A stretch of DNA of 42,427 nucleotides from a virus (Duplodnaviria; Heunggongvirae; Uroviricota; Caudoviricetes). This document shows, one piece after another, positions 15,391 to 24,600 of this stretch. Position numbers and translations under genes: made by a program. Position 1 is the first letter of the stretch; each line of letters opens with the position of its first letter. Under the pieces are notes generated by a model, which ran no database searches, had not been told where the DNA came from, and saw only the letters and a program-made list of their open reading frames with translations. The stretch covers positions 1 to 42,427 of IMG/VR virus record IMGVR_UViG_2563366875_000004; one strand, given 5' to 3'.

Positions 15391-15954
15391 ATGACCACTC
15401 AGATTTCTGTCGAAACTCTTTCCCCAATTACACACAACCAAATTCCCGTTATCACTACCGAGTTACTGGCACAGCTTTACGGTACAGATTCAGATAACAT
15501 CAAAAAGAATTATTCGCGTAACGCAGATCGTTTTTATGAAGGTAAGCACTTCTACAAAGTGATTGGTGATGAACTAAAGAATTTGCGGGTGACTTTAAGT
15601 CACTCACAAAATCCCATCTCTCCCAAAACCCGCTCGCTCATACTCTGGACAGAACGCGGAGCAGCCCGCCACGCAAAAATGCTGGAAACCGATCAGGCAT
15701 GGGAGGTATTCGAAAAACTGGAAGATTGTTATTTCAGCCGAAAACAACCAGCTGCAGCACAAAACACATCTATCGAAAATGATGGATGCGCATTACTGAT
15801 CCACTTCGATAAACACGGTCAGGTCGACTTCACGGAAAAAGTACCCGCCGATGCGATGGTATGCACTCTGGAACGGTTCAAATTTTATCTGGAACAACGC
15901 GGCTGGATCGTTGCCCGTAAAGAACAACTGGTGGAATGGTTGATGCGGTTTTAG
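15391..15954 (+). CDS. ORF6N/Rha-like DNA-binding domain protein (candidate antirepressor or regulator), 187 aa
   Basis: N-terminal pattern ITTELLAQLYGTDSDNIKKNYSRNADRFYEGKHFYKV plus LILWTERGAARHAKMLETDQAWEVFEKLE resembles ORF6N-type domains as recalled; GGAG RBS. Confidence 0.55.
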   Translation: MTTQISVETLSPITHNQIPVITTELLAQLYGTDSDNIKKNYSRNADRFYEGKHFYKVIGDELKNLRVTLSHSQNPISPKTRSLILWTERGAARHAKMLETDQAWEVFEKLEDCYFSRKQPAAAQNTSIENDGCALLIHFDKHGQVDFTEKVPADAMVCTLERFKFYLEQRGWIVARKEQLVEWLMRF

Positions 15955-15999
15955 GTGCGACAGCCCCACCATCTTTATAGTAGTGGGGCTGAAAGTTCA

Positions 16000-16545
16000 T
16001 TACTGAGTGACTTTTAGCCCACTAAATTTAAAAATATACTCTGGTTCTGTTACTTTTCCATAGAGGGTCATGCTTGATTCAAGGATGCAGTCCTTTGAAT
16101 TAGGGATAAAACGCCCTGAAAATGAAACTATATCACCAGGTTTTAATTCAGAGGCCACCGTGAAAATTTCAGAGTCAGGGCTGATAAGAGTATGATGACG
16201 AGAATCGGAAAATGCGTTATTCCAGGTTTTAACTTCAATGTCTGGTGCTATCTCCAAAGCCAACACGCCGTAACCATCACTATTGGCAGAAACAGTTTTT
16301 ACAGTACCAATCCAGTTTTTAACTTTTTTATCTTTTCTTAAGGTTGCGCAAACCGCTTTGTCTCGTTTTGCTTTTATTCCGCCCAGCTTCATGTCGTTAT
16401 CAACACCTTTAGCTGATGAAATTGCGTTTGAGACCGCCTCGATGAACTTTTCCTGCTGCTCAGGCATCTGGTAAGCAAAGGCTGGTGTCTGAAATATGGT
16501 AACCGAAAACGCTATGGTCATGATTTTTGTAAAAACACTATTCAT
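16000..16545 (-). CDS. Secreted (Sec signal peptide) protein of unknown function, 181 aa; AT-rich cargo gene
   Basis: Signal peptide MNSVFTKIMTIAFSVTIFQTPAFA with AFA cleavage motif; opposite strand to the late operon; lower GC than neighbours. Confidence 0.65.
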   Translation of the reverse strand: MNSVFTKIMTIAFSVTIFQTPAFAYQMPEQQEKFIEAVSNAISSAKGVDNDMKLGGIKAKRDKAVCATLRKDKKVKNWIGTVKTVSANSDGYGVLALEIAPDIEVKTWNNAFSDSRHHTLISPDSEIFTVASELKPGDIVSFSGRFIPNSKDCILESSMTLYGKVTEPEYIFKFSGLKVTQ

Positions 16546-16737
16546 ATTTTTCCCTAAAACAAGAAATAATGAAACAAAGAGCGCTCAAATATAAGCTTGC
16601 TTAGATTACCCATCCCTTAAACCCTTATCAACAGTATGTATTTGGGTTGTATTGTTCATCATGTGTGTTTAGGGCTTTACGATCGTAAAAAGTTGAATAT
16701 CCTGTTAAGAGTTGTTACTTCGCCACACAGCTTAAAC

Positions 16738-16759
16738 CCGCCGCCAGGCGGTTTTTTTT
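16738..16759 (+). terminator. Intrinsic terminator
   Basis: CCGCC-GCCA-GGCGG followed by T8. Confidence 0.55.
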
Positions 16760-16956
16760 GTGTCCGGAAAGTGGTGCAGTACGTTAAATGCGCATGTTGT
16801 TTTTTCTAAAATTCAGAAATAATAAAAACACATGCATATATTTACGAATATTGACATAATTTTCTATTGAAAAAAGAGCCGGCATTATTAATATCCATCT
16901 TCGGTTCCGAAGGGGATGTAAAGCGCGGTCATTTTTATTTCTCTTGAGGAACCAAT

Positions 16957-17032
<76 letters not shown>

Positions 17033-17035
17033 TAT

Positions 17036-17110
<75 letters not shown>

Positions 17111-17379
17111 GCAGAGGACGATAGATACTAGGTTGTGTTAGGCACTGACACATTTTATGTGGGGCGTTTTTCCTGACTCCTTACCTCGCCCTGTACTGTA
17201 ATGAGTGATATCGGTTGCAGCACCAGTGCCGTTTTTTACGCCACCGGAATGGTGCATTATTGGTAGAGATTTGCAATGTCTCTGGCAGGGGCCGGTGATG
17301 CATCATTCTGGTGTTGTAAATAACACCATGACATTGAGATTAATCATATATTAAGCAAAACCTGGAAACACATCCTTAA

Positions 17380-17404
17380 CCGCCTCCACCAGGCGGTTTT
17401 TTTT
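17380..17404 (+). terminator. Intrinsic terminator downstream of the tRNA pair
   Basis: CCGCCT-CCACC-AGGCGG followed by T8. Confidence 0.6.
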
Positions 17405-17731
17405 ATTCTTAATTCGAAAAAAAGAAAACACGGACACTGATAATGTCCGTGCGGCAATGCCATGTAAGTCAGCGATGAATATGGCGCAAAAAAGCGCGGC
17501 TATCGGATTAACGCCGCGGGACAAAGTCCGTGAAGAAGAATAAGTATCGATCTCCTTCCGGAGACGAGTTGATATTACTAAGCTTTAAAAATGGTTTAAA
17601 TCCTCAGATTGACCTTAATTTCCGGTAAGTCTTATTTCATTTTCTCCGCGCTACCTCCGGCGCACATCACATCAGATAACACCACACAAAAGGCATCTGC
17701 AGGTGCCTTTGACGGGGTGTTGTTTTTTTAC

Positions 17732-17754
17732 GGGCCGCTGGTGGCCCTTTTTTA
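17732..17754 (+). terminator. Intrinsic terminator immediately upstream of the holin gene
   Basis: GGGCC-GCTGGT-GGCCC followed by TTTTTTATTT; 18 nt before the holin RBS. Confidence 0.5.
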
Positions 17755-17772
17755 TTTACAGGAGAAAAAAGT

Positions 17773-18165
17773 ATGTCTGAACCCTTATCCGGTTCCGGCA
17801 CGGCTGCGGCGCTCGGCGGGGCGACGGTATTCGGGCTGTTTACCGGAACGGATTTCGGGATTGTGTTTGGTGCGTTCGCCGGGGCGTTATTTGTGGCAAC
17901 AATTCCGCAGGCGCTTTCAGCCTGGCGTGTGGCAGCGCATTTTCTGGTGTCGTTCATTATCGGCGTGCTGGGCGCAGAGGTTCTGGCATCCTGGCTGGTA
18001 AAGCATACAGAGTTTGATGGTGCACCTGTTGACGCATTGTGTGCAGTGCTGGTGTCTGTATTGTCGGTAAAAGTGCTGTCCTTTGTGCACAGGCAGGACG
18101 TTATATCACTGATGTCCTGTCTGCTCTCCCGCCTGAAGAGTGGAGGAGGCGACAATGTTAAGTAA
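17773..18165 (+). CDS. Holin-like membrane protein (130 aa)
   Basis: AGGAGAAAAAAGT RBS; multiple Gly/Ala-rich transmembrane segments; first gene of the lysis cassette. Confidence 0.6.
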   Translation: MSEPLSGSGTAAALGGATVFGLFTGTDFGIVFGAFAGALFVATIPQALSAWRVAAHFLVSFIIGVLGAEVLASWLVKHTEFDGAPVDALCAVLVSVLSVKVLSFVHRQDVISLMSCLLSRLKSGGGDNVK

Positions 18166-18430
18166 CCTTCCCGGATTGCTGAATGTGGCGTTATGCACGG
18201 TTATCGTGCTGACGCTCTTTTTTTATCGTCGCCGTGATTCCAGACATAAACCGCTGATGTCATGGCTGGCCTGGCTGCTGATGCTGCTGTATGCCTTTGC
18301 GCCCCTCAGCTATCTGTGTGGTCGCCCGTTAGCAACGGGCTGGCTGGAAGTGTTTTTTAATCTGTTGTTCTGCGTGCTGGTAATACGCGCACGCGGGAAC
18401 GTCGCAAGAATCTTTCCATTGTTGAGGTGA
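18155..18430 (+). CDS. Second lysis-cassette membrane protein (about 92 aa)
   Basis: ATG after GGAGGAGG; hydrophobic segments LLNVALCTVIVLTLFFY and LAWLLMLLYAFAPL. Confidence 0.5.
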   Translation: MLSNLPGLLNVALCTVIVLTLFFYRRRDSRHKPLMSWLAWLLMLLYAFAPLSYLCGRPLATGWLEVFFNLLFCVLVIRARGNVARIFPLLR

Positions 18431-18810
18431 ATATGTCGGGTAAATTCAGATTCAGCCGTCGCAGTGAAAAAAATCTGGAGGGCGTCAAACCACAGCTGGC
18501 TGCTGTCGTTCGCCGTGCCCTTGAGCTGACGGAGGTTGATTTCGGTATTACGGAAGGCCTGCGCAGTAAGTATCGCCAGAAACAGCTGGTCGCGGAAGGG
18601 AAAAGCCAGACTATGAACAGCCGCCACCTGACCGGTGATGCGGTGGATGTTGTGGCCTACATTGGCAGCCAGGTGTCATGGGACTGGCCTCTGTACGAGA
18701 AAATCGCGCAGGCATTTAAGCAGGCTGCCGCAGAGCTGGGAACTGCCATCGAATGGGGCGGGGACTGGAAAACACTGAAAGACGGGCCTCACTTTCAGTT
18801 GAAACGCTGA
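18427..18810 (+). CDS. Endolysin, peptidase M15 (VanY-like) family
   Basis: Motifs SRHLTGDAVD and WGGDW...GPHF typical of M15 zinc peptidase endolysins; ATG at 18427 or 18433. Confidence 0.75.
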   Translation: MNMSGKFRFSRRSEKNLEGVKPQLAAVVRRALELTEVDFGITEGLRSKYRQKQLVAEGKSQTMNSRHLTGDAVDVVAYIGSQVSWDWPLYEKIAQAFKQAAAELGTAIEWGGDWKTLKDGPHFQLKR

Positions 18811-18824
18811 TAACCAGGTGTGTT

Positions 18825-19007
18825 ATGAGCAGAAAACACTGGACACACAGAATGCCGCGAACGGCGGCGAAATGGGCACTGGTAGCGATACTGGTGCCTT
18901 TTTTATTGGTGGGATGCGTCAGCCTGGATAAGGCGCGCCAGCTTTTCGATACGGCTTCTCAGGTCTGCCAGCTTATCGATGGCGTTCGGCAGTGTCTGCA
19001 GAACTGA
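18825..19007 (+). CDS. Small lipoprotein (60 aa), o-spanin-like
   Basis: Lipobox LLVGC after a signal sequence; directly after the endolysin; no i-spanin ORF identified. Confidence 0.45.
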   Translation: MSRKHWTHRMPRTAAKWALVAILVPFLLVGCVSLDKARQLFDTASQVCQLIDGVRQCLQN

Positions 19008-19178
19008 TCACCTGTAATAGCAGAATATTTTGCTGAAAAATGAAGGGTGCGCCAGCGTCCGGAAAGCATGAAATTCTGTGTTAGTGGCTATTCAATAAAA
19101 TAAATTCTTTCTGTCGCCGCGAATACTCAAATGTTGATCAGTGCCCGGTGCGGCGACGGGCTTCGATATCAGGAGACG

Positions 19179-19478
19179 ATGATGGAAAAAACAGAAAACA
19201 AACCGATTGTAATTGGTGCTGATGCTGCTCCGTTTAAGTTTGAGTTGTCTCAACTGGTGGAGATGCGCATCAGTGATGAATGGGGTGAGGTTAAAGCCCG
19301 TGCGCAGTATGCGGATGGCGAAAACCAGTACTTGATCCACTACAAGGCAGCTGACGGTCGCGCCACGACGGAGTGGTTTGGTGAGTCAATGCTGGAAGCA
19401 ACAGAAGATGATCGTCATCCAGGTTGCCCGGTATTTGCTGGTATGGAATTACCGGAAGGTGCAGTCGTTACTGAGTAA
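19179..19478 (+). CDS. Hypothetical protein (99 aa)
   Basis: AGGAGACG RBS before ATGATG; acidic soluble protein. Confidence 0.5.
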   Translation: MMEKTENKPIVIGADAAPFKFELSQLVEMRISDEWGEVKARAQYADGENQYLIHYKAADGRATTEWFGESMLEATEDDRHPGCPVFAGMELPEGAVVTE

Positions 19479-19523
19479 CAGGCATTACAGCAGCCCTTCT
19501 GTGTGAGGGGCTGCGATAATGCT

Positions 19524-19724
19524 TTAGTTGTCTTTCATAAATCCTTTAATTGCCCATCCCACAAGCCTGGTGATGCTGTATATCAACAAGGCACATATCA
19601 GGGAAACAAGGATATCAAACAGTGAAAATCCCCGAGCCTCTGTTGATAAAAGGCCGAAAATGAACACCAGAATAGCTAACAGAATTCCTACCCGGTGAAA
19701 ACCTTTAGAAATCGTGTTTTTCAT
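19524..19724 (-). CDS. Small two-helix membrane protein (66 aa), opposite strand
   Basis: GGAGGA RBS 4 nt before ATG; two hydrophobic helices; same position as the lambda bor-type lysogenic-conversion gene. Confidence 0.5.
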   Translation of the reverse strand: MKNTISKGFHRVGILLAILVFIFGLLSTEARGFSLFDILVSLICALLIYSITRLVGWAIKGFMKDN

Positions 19725-19784
19725 TTGTCCTCCGTATTGGTTTTTTAAAGGGTGGAAATTTTAACATCAGAAGAGTGAAGTTCT

Positions 19785-20135
19785 ATGCCATCACGAATCC
19801 CCCGCGCATGCCGTAAACGTGGATGTGCAGGTACAACCACAGACAGTTCTGGTTACTGCGATAAACATCGCGGTGAAGGCTGGGTGCAGCACCAGCGCGG
19901 ACTGAGCCGCCACCAGCGCGGCTATGGCTCAAAATGGACGGTGATTCGTGCCCGTATTCTGAAGCGCGATAAAGGTCTGTGTCAGTTGTGTCTGCGTGTC
20001 GGTGTGGTGAGCGAGGCGAAAACCGTCGACCACATCATCCCGAAAGCGCATGGCGGAACAGACGCAGACAGCAACCTGCAGAGTCTGTGCTGGCCTTGCC
20101 ATAAAGAGAAAACAGCGCGCGAACGTATCAACTGA
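19785..20135 (+). CDS. HNH endonuclease (terminase-associated)
   Basis: C-x-x-C...H-x-x-x-H pattern (CQLCLR...VDHIIPKAHGGTDADSNLQSLCWPCH); immediately upstream of the terminase genes. Confidence 0.8.
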   Translation: MPSRIPRACRKRGCAGTTTDSSGYCDKHRGEGWVQHQRGLSRHQRGYGSKWTVIRARILKRDKGLCQLCLRVGVVSEAKTVDHIIPKAHGGTDADSNLQSLCWPCHKEKTARERIN

Positions 20136-20283
20136 TAACTGTTCTCGTCTGTAAGGGAGGGGCGGGTAAAATCTCTGTAACCCTGGGCGTTCGGGACCGC
20201 CCGCCAACCCTTCTTCGCATCGCCGCAGGTTCGAAAACTTTTTTTTGGGAATGTGATTAAACGATTGATAGGTAAAACCGATT

Positions 20284-20766
20284 ATGTCAGGACCCCCGAA
20301 AACCCCGCCACGCCTGCATTTGATACGAGGCAACCCCTCAAAGCGCCCCGTTAAAGACTCCAAAAAAACCGCTAAAAAGGACGAAAAAGGTCTCCCTAAA
20401 ATTCCGCAGCATTTAGGGGCGCAGGGGAAGTACTGGTTCAGGCGAATGGCGGAAGAGCTGAATGCGGAAGGGATCATTTCTCAGCTTGATGCGCGTGCAC
20501 TTGAGTTACTGGTGGAAGCCTACACCGAATACCGGCATCACTGCGAAACACTCGATGTTGAGGGGTATACCTACCGCACGGAAACGCAGAATGGCGATGT
20601 GATGATCAAGGCACATCCGGCTGCGGCGATGAAGGCGGATGCCTGGAAGCGGATCCGGGCGATGCTTGCAGAGTTTGGTATGTCACCGGCAAGCCGGGCG
20701 AAAGTAAATATCGCCGGACCGGATGATGTTGATCCGCTGGCAGAGCTTTTAAAAGCGAGAGACTGA
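20284..20766 (+). CDS. Terminase small subunit (P27-family-like)
   Basis: Basic N-terminus, helical core, ends 1 nt overlapping the large-subunit ATG. Confidence 0.65.
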   Translation: MSGPPKTPPRLHLIRGNPSKRPVKDSKKTAKKDEKGLPKIPQHLGAQGKYWFRRMAEELNAEGIISQLDARALELLVEAYTEYRHHCETLDVEGYTYRTETQNGDVMIKAHPAAAMKADAWKRIRAMLAEFGMSPASRAKVNIAGPDDVDPLAELLKARD

Positions 20767-22523
20767 TGGCAAAAGTGGCTGACGGGATCCGCTACGCCGA
20801 ACGTGTTGTTGCAGGAGAAATTGTCGCTGGCGAATTTGTCCGTCTGGCCTGCCAGCGTTTTCTTGATGATCTGAAGTACGGCGAAGAGCGGGGGATTTAT
20901 TTCAGTGAACCCCGTGCGCAGCACATCCTGAATTTCTACAAATTTGTGCCCCATGTAAAAGGGGCGCTGGCAGGTCAGCCCATTGAACTGATGGACTGGC
21001 ATGTTTTTATCCTCATTAATATTTTTGGTTTTGTCATTCCGCTGGTGAATGAAGAGACCGGGGAAGTTGTCATGCGCAGCGATGGCAGCGGACGCCCGGT
21101 GATGGTGCGCCGGTTCCGGACAGCGTACAACGAAGTCGCCCGTAAAAACGCAAAATCAACCCTGTCATCGGGTATCGGTCTGTATATGACGGGGGCAGAT
21201 GGTGAAGGCGGGGCTGAGGTGTATTCAGCCGCAACCACGCGTGACCAGGCCAGAATTGTGTTTGAAGACGCCAAAAATATGGTCAGGAAAGCCCGGTCGA
21301 CACTCGGGCGGTTGTTTGATTTCAACAAGCTGGCGATTTACCAGGAGCAGAGCGCATCAAAATTTGAACCGCTTTCCTCGGATGCAAACAACCTGGACGG
21401 TCTGAACATCCACTGCGCCATTATTGATGAGCTGCATGCACATAAAACCCGCGACGTGTGGGACGTTCTGGAAACGGCAACCGGTGCCCGTCTGCAGTCC
21501 CTGTTATTTGGTATCACCACGGCGGGCTTTAACAAGGAAGGGATTTGTTACGAGCAACGCGATTACGCCATCAAGGTATTGCGAGGCTATAACAGCGACG
21601 TGGAGGGCGCGGTAAAAGACGACTCCTACTTTGCGATTATTTACACGCTCGATGAGGGAGATGATCCGTTTGATGAAACGGTCTGGCAGAAAGCGAATCC
21701 GGGCCTGGGCATCTGTAAACGCTGGGATGATCTGCGTCGTCTGGCGAAAAAAGCGAAGGAACAGGTTTCAGCGCGGGTGAATTTTTTTACCAAACACATG
21801 AATGTGTGGGTCACTGCCGAGTCTGCCTGGATGGATATGATTAAGTGGGAGAAGTGTGAATACATCGCTCCACAGCATGAGCTGAAAACATATCCCATGT
21901 GGGTCGGCGTCGACCTTGCTCATAAGATTGATATCTGTGCGGCGGCAAAACTCTGGCGAACGGATAACGGGCATGTTCATGCCGATTTTAAATTCTGGCT
22001 TCCGGAAGGACGGCTGGAACGATGCTCACGGCAGCAGGCAGAACTTTACCGGAAGTGGGCGGAGATGGATAAGCTCATCCTGACGGATGGTGATGTTATC
22101 GATCATACTCAGATAAAAAGTGACCTGCTGGAATGGATTGGCGGTGAAAACCTGAGGGAACTGGGATTTGACCCGTGGAGCGCAATGCAGTTCAGTCTGG
22201 CGCTGGCTGAAGAAGGTATACCGCTGGTGGAAGTTCCGCAGACGGTCCGCAATCTGTCAGAGGCCATGAAGGAAACGGAATCACTGGTCTATGCCGGACG
22301 TTTCCACCACAGCAATCACCCGGTCATGAACTGGATGATGTCTAACGTTACGGTGAAACCGGACAAAAACAACAATATCTTCCCGAATAAATCCACGCCG
22401 GAAGCCAAAATCGACGGCCCTGTGGCGATGTTTACAGCAATGAGCCGGATGCTGGTCAATGGCGGTGAACCGGAGCCGGATCTGTCTGAGCATCTGGTCA
22501 GCGTTGGTATTCGCTCGCTTTAA
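20766..22523 (+). CDS. Terminase large subunit
   Basis: 585 aa; ATPase and nuclease regions ([15 protein letters not shown]); canonical position. Confidence 0.9.
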   Translation: MAKVADGIRYAERVVAGEIVAGEFVRLACQRFLDDLKYGEERGIYFSEPRAQHILNFYKFVPHVKGALAGQPIELMDWHVFILINIFGFVIPLVNEETGEVVMRSDGSGRPVMVRRFRTAYNEVARKNAKSTLSSGIGLYMTGADGEGGAEVYSAATTRDQARIVFEDAKNMVRKARSTLGRLFDFNKLAIYQEQSASKFEPLSSDANNLDGLNIHCAIIDELHAHKTRDVWDVLETATGARLQSLLFGITTAGFNKEGICYEQRDYAIKVLRGYNSDVEGAVKDDSYFAIIYTLDEGDDPFDETVWQKANPGLGICKRWDDLRRLAKKAKEQVSARVNFFTKHMNVWVTAESAWMDMIKWEKCEYIAPQHELKTYPMWVGVDLAHKIDICAAAKLWRTDNGHVHADFKFWLPEGRLERCSRQQAELYRKWAEMDKLILTDGDVIDHTQIKSDLLEWIGGENLRELGFDPWSAMQFSLALAEEGIPLVEVPQTVRNLSEAMKETESLVYAGRFHHSNHPVMNWMMSNVTVKPDKNNNIFPNKSTPEAKIDGPVAMFTAMSRMLVNGGEPEPDLSEHLVSVGIRSL

Positions 22524-22534
22524 CCGAGGTCATT

Positions 22535-22717
22535 ATGTTTCTGATAATTCTCACGCCACTGGTGGGCGTGCTGGGGGCGCTTTTGCTGGCGTATGGCGCC
22601 TGGCTGATTTATCCCCCGGCTGGTTTTGTTGTTGCCGGGGCGCTGTGTCTGTGCTGGTCGTGGCTGGTTGCGCGTTATCTCGATCGCGGTCACCGGGTCG
22701 CCTCCGGAGGTGAGTAA
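22535..22717 (+). CDS. Small membrane protein (60 aa)
   Basis: Two hydrophobic segments; lies between terminase and portal. Confidence 0.4.
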   Translation: MFLIILTPLVGVLGALLLAYGAWLIYPPAGFVVAGALCLCWSWLVARYLDRGHRVASGGE

Positions 22718-23958
22718 TGTTTTTCCAGGGGCTTTTTCAACGCAAAAATAACACCCCCGTCACAACGCCCGGGATGCTTGCGGAAGAGCTGGGGTTGTCA
22801 TACGACACCTATACCGGAAAGCGGATCAGCAGCCAGCGGGCCATGCGGCTGACGGCGGTCTATTCCTGCGTCAGGGTGCTGGCTGAGTCTGTTGGTATGC
22901 TGCCCTGCAGTCTCTACAAAATCAGCGGCACCCTTAAAACACGGGCGGTGGATGAACGGCTGCATAAGCTGATTTCGGCAAAACCCAATGGCTACATGAC
23001 GCCGCAGGAATTCTGGGAACTGGTTATCGTCTGCCTGTGTCTGCGGGGTAATTTTTACGCCTACAAGGTAAAGGCACTGGGGGAAGTGGTGGAGCTTCTT
23101 CCGATAGAGCCGGGCTGTGTGGAGCCGAAGCTGAACAGCCAGTGGCAGCCGGTTTATCAGGTGACGTTTCCGGATGGTTCCGTGGATGTGCTGACCCAGA
23201 ATGAAATCTGGCATGTGCGTACCCTGACGCTGGATGGACTTGTCGGTCTGAATCCCATTGCATATGCGCGCGAGGCCATTTCACTGGCAGCGGCAACCGA
23301 GGAGCATGGTGCCAGATTGTTTGGCAATGGCGCGGTAACATCCGGTGTGTTGCGTACGGATCAACAACTTTCTGACCAGGCTTATGCGCGTATCAAAAAG
23401 GATTTTGAGGAACGGCATGTCGGGCTGGGAAACTCTCATCGTCCGATGATTCTGGAAATGGGGCTGGACTGGAAAACGGTGGCACTGAATGCCGAGGACA
23501 GCCAGTTCCTGGAAACCCGCAAGTTTCAGCTGGAAGAAATCTGTCGCCTGTTCCGCGTGCCGCTGCATATGGTGCAGAACACCGATCGCGCCACCTTCAA
23601 CAATATTGAAGAGCTGGGGCTTGGTTTCATTAACTATTCCCTTGTGCCGTATCTGACCCGTATTGAGCAGCGGATCAATACAGGGCTGGTCAGGGAGAGC
23701 AAGCAGGGAAAATTTTACGCCAAATTTAATGCCGGAGCATTGTTGCGTGGCGACATGAAATCCCGCTTTGAAGCGTATGCCACGGGGATCAACTGGGGGA
23801 TTTATTCCCCTAATGACTGCCGTGATCTGGAAGATATGAATCCCCGACCGGGCGGTGATGTGTATCTGACACCGATGAACATGACCACCAGTCCCTCTGC
23901 TGGCGATGACAACGGTAAGAAAAAGGAGAGTGGAGATGCAGACAAAACAGCGTCTTGA
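22717..23958 (+). CDS. Portal protein, HK97 family
   Basis: 413 aa; GGAGG RBS; position between terminase and prohead protease. Confidence 0.85.
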   Translation: MFFQGLFQRKNNTPVTTPGMLAEELGLSYDTYTGKRISSQRAMRLTAVYSCVRVLAESVGMLPCSLYKISGTLKTRAVDERLHKLISAKPNGYMTPQEFWELVIVCLCLRGNFYAYKVKALGEVVELLPIEPGCVEPKLNSQWQPVYQVTFPDGSVDVLTQNEIWHVRTLTLDGLVGLNPIAYAREAISLAAATEEHGARLFGNGAVTSGVLRTDQQLSDQAYARIKKDFEERHVGLGNSHRPMILEMGLDWKTVALNAEDSQFLETRKFQLEEICRLFRVPLHMVQNTDRATFNNIEELGLGFINYSLVPYLTRIEQRINTGLVRESKQGKFYAKFNAGALLRGDMKSRFEAYATGINWGIYSPNDCRDLEDMNPRPGGDVYLTPMNMTTSPSAGDDNGKKKESGDADKTAS

Positions 23959-24586
23959 TATACCGCTGAACCTGAAATCCGTCAGTGATTCCGGGGAATT
24001 TGAAGGTTACGGTTCTGTTTTTGGTGTTAAGGACAGCCACGATGATGTGGTGGTCCCCGGAGCCTTTACCACAACACTCCAGAAATGGAGCGAAAAAAAG
24101 GCGCTGCCTGCGTTGCTCTGGCAGCACCGCATGGATGAGCCCATCGGTGTGTACACCGAAATGAAAGAAGATGATGTCGGGCTTTATGTCAGGGGACGAT
24201 TACTCATTGATGATGATCCCCTGGCAAAACGTGCACATGCCCATATGAAGGCCGGTTCTTTAACCGGCCTTTCTATTGGCTACATCCTGAAAGACTGGGA
24301 GTACGACCGGGAAAAAGGGGTATTCCTGCTGAAAGAGATCGACCTGTGGGAGGTCAGTCTGGTGACGTTTCCTTCCAATGATGAAGCACGCATCAGCGAT
24401 GTGAAAAATGCGCTGGCGCGTGGGGAGATCCCTGATCAGAAAATTATTGAGCGGGTCCTGCGTGATGTTGGACTCTCGCGAACCCAGGCCAAAGCATTCA
24501 TGGCCGGGGGATATGGCGCTTTATCCCTGCGTGATGCTGAGGATGTGGATGCCGCACTGAATGCACTGAAAAATCTTAAATTTTAA
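23936..24586 (+). CDS. Prohead protease, HK97 family
   Basis: ATG after AAGGAG; follows portal and precedes the major capsid gene. Confidence 0.8.
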   Translation: MQTKQRLDIPLNLKSVSDSGEFEGYGSVFGVKDSHDDVVVPGAFTTTLQKWSEKKALPALLWQHRMDEPIGVYTEMKEDDVGLYVRGRLLIDDDPLAKRAHAHMKAGSLTGLSIGYILKDWEYDREKGVFLLKEIDLWEVSLVTFPSNDEARISDVKNALARGEIPDQKIIERVLRDVGLSRTQAKAFMAGGYGALSLRDAEDVDAALNALKNLKF

Positions 24587-24600
24587 CCAGGAGAAAAATA

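Noticed and set aside
17111-17340. Third tRNA after tRNA-Gly
   Set aside because: Contains a TGGTAGAG D-loop-like motif but no acceptor stem, anticodon arm or T-arm can be formed; treated as a structured non-tRNA segment
20571-23568. Minus-strand ORFs inside the terminase and portal genes
   Set aside because: Antisense shadows of long conserved structural genes
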